From Candidatus Saccharibacteria bacterium oral taxon 488 (GTDB taxonomy: Bacteria; Patescibacteriota; Saccharimonadia; Saccharimonadales; Saccharimonadaceae): a stretch of 32,000 nt of DNA. Position numbers and translations under genes: made by a program. The notes beneath the pieces are model-generated. The model was not told the DNA's origin. It searched no databases and saw only the letters and a program-made list of their open reading frames with translations. Location: contig CP047921.1 of assembly GCA_010202845.1 (NCBI GenBank), positions 300,001 to 332,000 of the forward strand. The letters run 5' to 3'. Below are positions 16,808-23,093 of the stretch, one piece after another; positions within the stretch are counted from its first letter, which is position 1, and every line of letters starts with the position of its first letter.

Positions 16808-16930
16808 CCTGCCCCCCCGTCGCAACTGAGCGCTACCCCCCGTATCCCAGTCGTTATCTGGGTGGCTGTAGGATCTACCCGTACCTATGGTATGATGACT
16901 CTAGGAAGTGTAAGGCGAGAAAGGTGATAT

Positions 16931-17389
16931 ATGGATACAACATTGTTTCAGTACTGTCAAAAAATAGTGCTATTCAATCAAGACGGCTCTGCTGTGCTGC
17001 TCGCTAGGCGCCGCGGGGAGGCTGATTATGATGGCGTGTTCTCGTTTATTGGCGGTAAGTTGGAGTCGACGGATGGTGGCCTGGTGAATGGTCTTCGGCG
17101 GGAGAAAAATGAGGAAATTGGCTCGGCTGCTAAAATTGCGGTGGTAACGAGTATCAGTGTTAATGAATATTTTGTCAAAACTAATGGACAGGCCATGGTG
17201 CTGCCGCACTATTATGCCCGGTTTATTGGCGGTGAAATTACGCTCAATGATGAGTATTCTGAGTATCGGTGGGTAAACCTACGTGAGTTAGATCGGTTTG
17301 AACCAAAGATTGAGACAGTTGCCCCTATGATTGAGGCTGTCCAAAAAATTATGCGAGTTGCCACCGAGGCGGATTATCGAGAGATATAG
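16931..17389 (+). CDS. NUDIX hydrolase
   Basis: Nudix box GGKLESTDGGLVNGLRREKNEEIG. TGgTATGAT promoter candidate at about 16887-16895, and GAAAGG SD. Confidence 0.85.
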   Translation: MDTTLFQYCQKIVLFNQDGSAVLLARRRGEADYDGVFSFIGGKLESTDGGLVNGLRREKNEEIGSAAKIAVVTSISVNEYFVKTNGQAMVLPHYYARFIGGEITLNDEYSEYRWVNLRELDRFEPKIETVAPMIEAVQKIMRVATEADYREI

Positions 17390-17394
17390 ACATG

Positions 17395-17679
17395 TATTGG
17401 CCGCCCCCGCTCGCTTAAATGCCGGCCTAGATTTACGGTATTTTCTGTATCGAGTTCGCTTTCGTCGTTTCCGACTCATCAGCATAGACACGCATTCATG
17501 GAGCGAACATGACAAGCAGAGCTGACAGAGGTTCGCGGGAGGCTAGTCTTTCGGGGGCCAAAAGGCTACAATGAGTACCCATCCTGTGTCCTTTGTCTTG
17601 TAGCAGTTTGCATGCGCTACGGGCAGGATAGTTTCCAGACAATGTCTTAGGCCTCCCTCCAAGAGACCTCTTGCTAATT
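17395..17679 (-). other. GC-rich segment without a credible ORF; candidate structured RNA or long structured 3' UTR
   Basis: All six-frame ORFs here are compositionally implausible. Several stems can be paired by eye on the minus strand (see findings). No RNase P, tmRNA or SRP signature motifs. Confidence 0.25.
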
Positions 17680-18027
17680 CTAAGGGGTGTTGACCGGTTC
17701 CTGGTATAATCCGCATCCGTCTGCAAGACGGCTCCACTTTCGCCGCCACCGCCATGGCATGTCGGACAGGGAGATTGATGCAGATATAGTTGTCTCTTCT
17801 TTGGAGCCTCCCTCAGCAAGGGTTTGTATCACCCGGCGGCGGAGCTGCGCGATTGCTTGCATCCACTTAGGGGTCGGCTCCAGTTGGCGTCCGAGCTCGG
17901 CGGCCTCACCTCTGACACGCTGCAGGAAAGCTTCCTCCTGTCTGCGCCGTTCGGCGATGCGCCAAGCCTTAAGTTCTTCTTGGTCATCGCGGTAGTCCTC
18001 AATAGCCTTGCGTGAAATTTGCTCCAT
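17680..18027 (-). CDS. Hypothetical protein (115 aa), leaderless behind promoter P1; C-terminal third doubtful
   Basis: TTGACA-17-TATATA, then 6 nt, then the ATG. The N-terminal ~75 aa are helical and protein-like (MEQISRKAIEDYRDDQEELKAWRIAERRRQEEAFLQRVRGEAAELGRQLEPTPKWMQAIAQLRRRVIQTLAEGG). The remainder (..MPWRWRRKWSRLADGCGLYQ..) may be read-through into non-coding sequence. Confidence 0.45.
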   Translation of the reverse strand: MEQISRKAIEDYRDDQEELKAWRIAERRRQEEAFLQRVRGEAAELGRQLEPTPKWMQAIAQLRRRVIQTLAEGGSKEETTISASISLSDMPWRWRRKWSRLADGCGLYQEPVNTP

Positions 18028-18033
18028 ACCTGT

Positions 18034-18062
18034 TATATATCACTAATAGAATAAAATGTCAA
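18034..18062 (-). promoter_or_regulatory. Strong promoter P1 (TTGACA-17-TATATA)
   Basis: -35 TTGACA is the reverse complement of 18057-18062, and -10 TATATA is at 18034-18039. The 31 nt at 18034-18064 are identical to 20830-20860, and weaker similarity continues to about 18100. Confidence 0.6.
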
Positions 18063-18092
18063 TGAAATTGAGGTAGAAATGTGGCATAATAG

Positions 18093-19661
18093 CTATTTTT
18101 CAGCGTTTTTAGCTTGTTTGTAGGCTTTGGTAACTGGTGCCAGGCCGCGAGCGACGCGTTCGCGGTTGGCTTTCAGTTGCTTTTCGTCGCGGAAAGATAG
18201 TTTAATGGGCGTGCCGGCGAAGTTGAAGGCTTCACGCAGGGTGCGTTCGAGGTAGCGTTTATAGCTCCAGTGGACGAATTTGAGGTTGCTGCCGTAGATG
18301 ACGAACCATGGCGGGGCCGTGTCGGTCTGGACGATGTAGCGGAGCTTTGGATGCGAGTTCTTTAGGCCGGCTGGCGGATGAGCGGCGACGGCTTTTTGCA
18401 AGAGGTCGTTGAGGACGCGGGTCTTGCATTCTTGGCGGCGGCGAGTGTGGATATCGAGGGCGAGGTCGAACAATTTGGCGACATTCTGCCCAGTGACTGA
18501 TGAAGTGAAAATCAGCGGTGCGTAGGGGGTGAATTTGAAATGATAGCTGATTTGCGGTGCTAGTTTGTCGTGAGTGTAGGCATCTTTGCCTTCGACGGAG
18601 TCCCATTTGCTGACGACCAGGACTAGCCCCTTGCCTGCTTCGTCGATGATGCCGGCTAGGCGCTGATCAAGTCCAACGTTCAATTCGTTGACGTCCATCA
18701 AGAGGAAGCAGATGTCGGCTTCGTTGATGGCCTGCATAGTGCGTAGGACGGAGAACTTTTCGATGCCGGTTTCTTGTTTGCCCTGGCGGCGGATGCCGGC
18801 GGTGTCCAGTAGTTCGATGGTCTGGCCGTGGTAGCGGACTTGGACGCGGTTGACGTCGCGGGTGGTGCCGGCGACGTTGGCGACGATGGCTTGCTGCTTG
18901 CCCGCTAGGGTGTTGAATAGGTTGCTTTTGCCGACATTTGGCCGGCCGATGAGGGCGACGCGAATGATGTCGTCAGCTTCGGTTTGAGTGGCTGGCGGAA
19001 TGAGATCGGCGATGTTGTCGAGCAGCTCAGAGATGCCGATGTTGTGTTCGGCGGAGGTTTTGATGATGGTTTTGATGCCGAGACGCTTGAATTCGTCGGT
19101 GTGGAGCGAGCCTTTGAGGTCGGCTTTGTTGGCGACGAGGAGGACGGGCTTGCCGCTTTTGAGGGCTTTTTTGGCCAGTTGACGGTCGGCGTCTGATGGA
19201 TAGACGGTGGAATCGACCATGACGAGAATGACGTCGGCAGCGGCGGAGGCATCAGCGATTTGGTCTTGGATGGTGGCTTCAAATTCGTCTTCGGTGGGTT
19301 TGAGGCCGGCGGTGTCGATGAGCCAGAATTCGGCGTGCGTGTCTGCTGCAGCGCGCCCGCCAGCCGTCTCCTCCGCGTCGAATGCATCCGGCAACGCCGT
19401 CCGCAGAGCTATCGACTTGTCGGAGAGGCTGGCGGTTGTGTTCGCGCCAGGCTCCAGCGCAGGAGGTGTGGCGCTTATCGCAGTCTTCTCAGGAGATGAG
19501 ACGCGGCGTTTGTATGAGACTTTGCCAACAACGTTGTCGCGGGTGGTGCCGGCTTCGCGGGCAACGATGGCGGTGCGGGCGCGCGTCAAGCGGTTGAATA
19601 GCGAACTTTTGCCAACGTTAGCTTGGCCGATGATGGCGACGGTAGGTAATGTATGAGACAT
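18093..19661 (-). CDS. der: Ribosome-biogenesis GTPase Der (EngA) with an insertion in GTPase domain 1
   Basis: Two GTPase domains (GQANVGKSS/DTAG/NKAD and GRPNVGKSN/DTAG/SKWD) plus a KH-like C-terminus. 73 residues separate TTRD from DTAG in domain 1. Confidence 0.9.
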   Translation of the reverse strand: MSHTLPTVAIIGQANVGKSSLFNRLTRARTAIVAREAGTTRDNVVGKVSYKRRVSSPEKTAISATPPALEPGANTTASLSDKSIALRTALPDAFDAEETAGGRAAADTHAEFWLIDTAGLKPTEDEFEATIQDQIADASAAADVILVMVDSTVYPSDADRQLAKKALKSGKPVLLVANKADLKGSLHTDEFKRLGIKTIIKTSAEHNIGISELLDNIADLIPPATQTEADDIIRVALIGRPNVGKSNLFNTLAGKQQAIVANVAGTTRDVNRVQVRYHGQTIELLDTAGIRRQGKQETGIEKFSVLRTMQAINEADICFLLMDVNELNVGLDQRLAGIIDEAGKGLVLVVSKWDSVEGKDAYTHDKLAPQISYHFKFTPYAPLIFTSSVTGQNVAKLFDLALDIHTRRRQECKTRVLNDLLQKAVAAHPPAGLKNSHPKLRYIVQTDTAPPWFVIYGSNLKFVHWSYKRYLERTLREAFNFAGTPIKLSFRDEKQLKANRERVARGLAPVTKAYKQAKNAEK

Positions 19662-19671
19662 AATTACGCCT

Positions 19672-19700
19672 ATTATACCAGAGGTGTGGGGTTTTGGCGA
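19672..19700 (-). promoter_or_regulatory. der promoter candidate (TCGCCA-17-TGgTATAAT)
   Basis: TATAAT is the reverse complement of 19672-19677 with a TGg extension. -35 TCGCCA is the reverse complement of 19695-19700. 10 nt separate the -10 from ATG 19661. Confidence 0.5.
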
Positions 19701-19718
19701 GGATGAGCGTTATGAGGC

Positions 19719-20174
19719 TTAATTACTATTTGTTGGGGTGGTTGTCGCTTCAATGCTTGGTACAGGACTAGTTGGTGTTGGCGGGGTGTAACCGCATTCA
19801 GGGCTGTTAGGGATGGCGGTGATGCTGCCTGTTCTTGAATTAGCGTTGTAATATCGATACAACAGCGTAGGTCCATTGCAGGCTTTTGCTATATGTGAGT
19901 AAGCACTCAATTCCCCTTCCTCGCAGTCGTCGCCACCAGCACAGCCTTTATCAACAATCTTCCAATCAAGATCGGGGTTGCCTCTTGAATCTGTCTTCGT
20001 GTCAGCCGCAGGGCTTTCCTGCTCTTGTGCTGTACTGGTTACTTCCGTCTTTTCTTTTGGTGCGCAGCATCCTGACATAAATAGTGCAGTGGTGGCCACA
20101 GCACCAAGTACTGCTCCCGCTTTTTGCCATAATGATTCGTTGCCACTATTTGGAAATTCTGATGTATTGCTCAC
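19719..20174 (-). CDS. Putative Cys-rich lipoprotein (151 aa)
   Basis: GTG start with AAAGGAG at 20180-20186. Signal peptide plus lipobox AVATTALFMSG-C36. Five further Cys residues and a Pro/Thr-rich C-terminus. Own promoter candidate TTTGCT-18-TATAAT (20212-20241). Confidence 0.6.
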   Translation of the reverse strand: MSNTSEFPNSGNESLWQKAGAVLGAVATTALFMSGCCAPKEKTEVTSTAQEQESPAADTKTDSRGNPDLDWKIVDKGCAGGDDCEEGELSAYSHIAKACNGPTLLYRYYNANSRTGSITAIPNSPECGYTPPTPTSPVPSIEATTTPTNSN

Positions 20175-20329
20175 GACTACTCCTTTGTACGCTCTGTATT
20201 TATGATATTAGATTATACAATTTGTGTGAGGCTATAGCAAACTAATTCGTTAGAATTCCCTACGCTTACTGGTGGCCGTGGGTAATCTGCAGACGTGCGT
20301 AATAGGGGCGTGGGGTTTTGGCGAAAGGC

Positions 20330-20448
20330 AATGAAAATAGCCCACCGAATGAGCTCAAACCAGAACTGGATATGTCTCAACCCAGGAAATGCAAATGATG
20401 CATCTCAACCAGTTTGAGGTCAGTTCGGTGAGCTATTTTCGGTGGGCG
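20330..20448 (-). repeat. Structured ~120-nt repeat, copy B
   Basis: Arm 20333-20363 pairs with 20409-20440 (one bulge, one G:G mismatch, and three C:A/A:C positions that become G:U on the minus strand). Begins 7 nt after the stop of the 96-aa ORF. Confidence 0.7.
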
Positions 20449-20454
20449 TTAGCC

Positions 20455-20745
20455 CTATCTCTTTGAAGCCTCCTTTCTCTTGATGTCGAAGAGACTCAGC
20501 ATCGTGATCACCCCCGCAGGGGCGATCACGATGACGATGTAGATCGTCATCGCAATGATGAATCCCCATCCTCTTGCCCAGGTGGCGAGGAGTAGCGGGA
20601 ATAGTGTGGCTGCGAACCAAAAGAGGATCCCCGCTCCCCGGAATCTCAATTCGTCGGTGACGGTGCAGACCGCGGCCGTTGCCGCGATGGTCGCCCCCAC
20701 AAGGAGGATCGCGATCATAATGATCATCGGCGCAAACTGATTCAC
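20455..20745 (-). CDS. Hypothetical small integral membrane protein (96 aa, ~3 TM)
   Basis: GTG start with AAAGGAAAG upstream. Three hydrophobic spans and a basic C-terminus (DIKRKEASKR). No family recognised. Confidence 0.5.
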   Translation of the reverse strand: MNQFAPMIIMIAILLVGATIAATAAVCTVTDELRFRGAGILFWFAATLFPLLLATWARGWGFIIAMTIYIVIVIAPAGVITMLSLFDIKRKEASKR

Positions 20746-20765
20746 AATCTTTCCTTTCGGTAGAA

Positions 20766-20820
20766 GAAAAAGCTCAAAGCTAAAGGGCGACTTCCCGCTC
20801 TTTATCGAAAACTTTGAGCT
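20766..20820 (-). terminator. Terminator-shaped hairpin inside the 5' UTR of the 96-aa ORF (candidate attenuator)
   Basis: On the minus strand: AGCUCAAAG (20820-20812), a 32-nt insert with inner stem AAAGAGCG/CGCCCUUU, CUUUGAGCU (20779-20771), then UUUUU (20770-20766). Lies downstream of promoter P2 and 20 nt upstream of the GTG. Confidence 0.45.
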
Positions 20821-20829
20821 GAAAGCTGA

Positions 20830-20858
20830 TATATATCACTAATAGAATAAAATGTCAA
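20830..20858 (-). promoter_or_regulatory. Strong promoter P2 (TTGACA-17-TATATA), duplicate of P1
   Basis: -10 at 20830-20835, and -35 is the reverse complement of 20853-20858. 31-nt identity with P1. A second TTGACA lies further upstream (reverse complement of 20865-20870). Confidence 0.5.
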
Positions 20859-20911
20859 TGGATTTTGTCAAAAATGTGATATAATATGCGTTTTTTGGCA
20901 CCTGAGGAGGC

Positions 20912-21631
20912 CTAGTTAGTCAGTGGACCTTCGGTAAATTCCCCGCGTTTGATGTCACCGAGGGTGTAACTACCAAAATCTGTTCGGTGGAGTTTGGTGA
21001 CAGTGTAGCCAAGGGCGGCGAAGGTGCGGCGGATTTGGCGGTTGCGGCCTTCGCTCATCTGGACGATCCAGCGGTGGTCGTCGCCGTCGTGCTGGCGCTC
21101 CAGCGTCAAGCGGCTGGGCCCGTCAGGTAGTTGCACGCCAAAGTCATTGATCATTTGTCGGTGGAGCGGCTGGAGTGGCTGGTCGAGTGTCACCAGATAG
21201 CGCTTCATTTTATAAAACGACGGGTGCGTCATCTGATGGGCAAAGTCGCCGTCGTTGGTGAGGAGAATCAGTCCTGAGCTATCTTTGTCCAGGCGACCGA
21301 CGGGCTTGAGGTGATGAAGGTTTTTTGGCAATAATTCGTAAATGGTCGGTACGCCGCCCTGCGAGGCGCGCGAACAGAGGTAGCCGATGGGTTTATGGAG
21401 GAGGATGAGTTGGTGGGTTTGGGCGGTGAGTCGTTTATTGCCGTGGCGAACGATGTCGGTGGTGGTGATGCGCTGACCGAGCTTGGCGGGCTGGTCGTTC
21501 ACGGTGACCGTGCCCTGCTCGATCAGTTCGTCAGCCTGACGGCGCGACACGCCAAGTGCCAGCGCCACGAATTTGTTGAGGCGCTGGGCGGATGAATCGG
21601 CAGAATCGGATGCTTGCGTTGGTGTAGTCAT
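20912..21631 (-). CDS. RsuA/RluB-family rRNA pseudouridine synthase (S4 domain plus catalytic domain)
   Basis: S4-like N-terminus (RLNKFVALALGVSRRQADELIEQGTVTVN) and catalytic motif GRLDKDSSGLILLTNDGDFAHQMTHP. ATG lies 1 nt after the stop of the upstream regulator gene. Confidence 0.9.
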   Translation of the reverse strand: MTTPTQASDSADSSAQRLNKFVALALGVSRRQADELIEQGTVTVNDQPAKLGQRITTTDIVRHGNKRLTAQTHQLILLHKPIGYLCSRASQGGVPTIYELLPKNLHHLKPVGRLDKDSSGLILLTNDGDFAHQMTHPSFYKMKRYLVTLDQPLQPLHRQMINDFGVQLPDGPSRLTLERQHDGDDHRWIVQMSEGRNRQIRRTFAALGYTVTKLHRTDFGSYTLGDIKRGEFTEGPLTN

Positions 21632-21632
21632 A

Positions 21633-23048
21633 CTAGGAGGCTACTGGTGGCTGCGGCGGAAAGGCGTTGGTCGGCGGCTGGGGGGCTGTTGGCTGTGCTG
21701 GCTCTGTCGCGGGGGATGGCTCTCCTTTAGGGGTCGAGGTCTGCTCTGGCTCAGGCGTTGGGGTCGAGGTTGGATCAGTTGGCATCGGTGCCGGGGTGGG
21801 CAGGACGAATGGTGTATCGTCATCTTGTGGCTGTGATGATGCCGCGTTGGCGAGCTCGGCATTGATTGCGGTACCGGCATCAAGCGGCTGGTCATCGGCT
21901 GGCGTCGGTAGCGGCTCGAGTGCATCAAGCGTCAGGTCGCCGTGCGGCCCCGCCATGGCATCAGACGTTGGTAGCGTGAAGTCGTCTGAATCTGGCGTTG
22001 GCTGCGGCGAGGCCTGTATAGACTCGAGCTGGTCGCTGAGCTCCTGCTCCATCATCTTGGACATGTCCGGCTGTGGCTCTTGGCTCAGCGGCTGGATCAC
22101 CCGCTCACCACCGTGGCTGGTCGGCTGTGGCGATGGTGATGAGACTGGCGCTGTTGGCTCTGGCAGGGCGTCGGCCGGGGTGGTCGGTGCTGGCCCAGAG
22201 ACCGGAGGTTGCTCTACCTCGGGTGCTGGAGTTGGCGCTGGGTCGGTTGGTGTCACTGGTTCTGTGGTGGCCGGCTCGGCGGTTTGCTCAGTCGATGCGG
22301 ATGGAGCTGCCGGCGTCGGCGCGGCGCTCGGCAAGACGAACGGCGCCGGGTCAGTTGCTGGAGGGGTCGAATTATCTGGATTAGCTTGAGTGGGCGTGGT
22401 AGCTGAGCCATCCTGAGTTAGCGGGGCCATCGGTGCAGTCGGTGCTGGGGTGACAACTTGTGTGGCGATTGGTCCAGCGAATTTATCGCTTTCGAGGACT
22501 GTGCGCTGCTCGGCGGGGACGGCAGAAATTTCATCTAAAAACTGTCGAGCCTGCGCGTCGGCAGCTGCTATCTCTGTCGGTGATGGTAAGGTGACTGCCG
22601 GAGCGTCTTGCTGGGTGGTTGGCGCGCCAGCTGCTGCTACGGGTTCTGCGGCCGGCTCGGGTGCAGGAGTCGGTTCTGGCGCGTCGCCGAGTACTTCGTG
22701 GACCGTGCGCACCACGTCCTCGATGCCGACTTGCGACTTGACGAGGTAGCGATCAGCGCCGAGGGCTTCGCCGCGTTGCCGCTGGTCCTCGGATGAGAGT
22801 GCGGTCATCATGATGACTTTCACGTCGCGTGTCTCGGTGGTCGAGCGCAAGATATCCAGCATGTCAAAGCCAGAAATCTTGGGCATCATCACGTCACTGA
22901 CGATCAAGGCCGGGCGTTCTTTGATAGCCATAGCCAAGGCCTCTTCACCGTCGCCCGCCGAAACGATGTCGTAGCCCTCAGCTAGTAACCTGACGCCGTA
23001 AATCTCGCGCAGGCTTTTGTCGTCTTCTACTAGTAAAATCTTTGTCAT
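21633..23048 (-). CDS. Response regulator: receiver domain plus ~350-aa Pro/Thr/Ala-rich low-complexity tail, no recognisable output domain
   Basis: Receiver domain (LLVEDD, IVSDVMMP, MMTAL, YLVKS) in aa 1-120. The rest is PT-rich and contains two PFVLP motifs. Confidence 0.85.
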   Translation of the reverse strand: MTKILLVEDDKSLREIYGVRLLAEGYDIVSAGDGEEALAMAIKERPALIVSDVMMPKISGFDMLDILRSTTETRDVKVIMMTALSSEDQRQRGEALGADRYLVKSQVGIEDVVRTVHEVLGDAPEPTPAPEPAAEPVAAAGAPTTQQDAPAVTLPSPTEIAAADAQARQFLDEISAVPAEQRTVLESDKFAGPIATQVVTPAPTAPMAPLTQDGSATTPTQANPDNSTPPATDPAPFVLPSAAPTPAAPSASTEQTAEPATTEPVTPTDPAPTPAPEVEQPPVSGPAPTTPADALPEPTAPVSSPSPQPTSHGGERVIQPLSQEPQPDMSKMMEQELSDQLESIQASPQPTPDSDDFTLPTSDAMAGPHGDLTLDALEPLPTPADDQPLDAGTAINAELANAASSQPQDDDTPFVLPTPAPMPTDPTSTPTPEPEQTSTPKGEPSPATEPAQPTAPQPPTNAFPPQPPVAS

Positions 23049-23093
23049 AACTACCCCTACTATACCGAAGTTTGCGCCAAAATACTATAGTGG

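Noticed and set aside
17395-17830. Identification of the structured segment as RNase P RNA, tmRNA or SRP RNA
   Set aside because: I looked on both strands for GAGGAAAGUCC and ACAGAAnnCGGCUUA (RNase P P4). I also looked for GGGG..GGAUUCGAC at the 5' end with a T-arm plus CUCCACCA at the 3' end (tmRNA), and for GGAAGGAAGCAGC (SRP domain IV). Only loose resemblances exist: GAGGGAGGCUCCAAAG, ACAGAAAAUACCG, and a TCATG-TTCGCTC-CATGA arm with no CCA.
18905-19387. 160-aa Pro/Ser/Thr-rich ORF and other alternative-frame ORFs within der
   Set aside because: They overlap the der frame, which has both complete GTPase motif sets.
16688-20448. The two ~120-nt repeats as a DGR template/variable repeat pair or as integron attC sites
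   Set aside because: Differences between the copies are not adenine-specific, and no reverse transcriptase is present. The ends do not fit the attC RYYYAAC/GTTRRRY cores, and no integrase is present.
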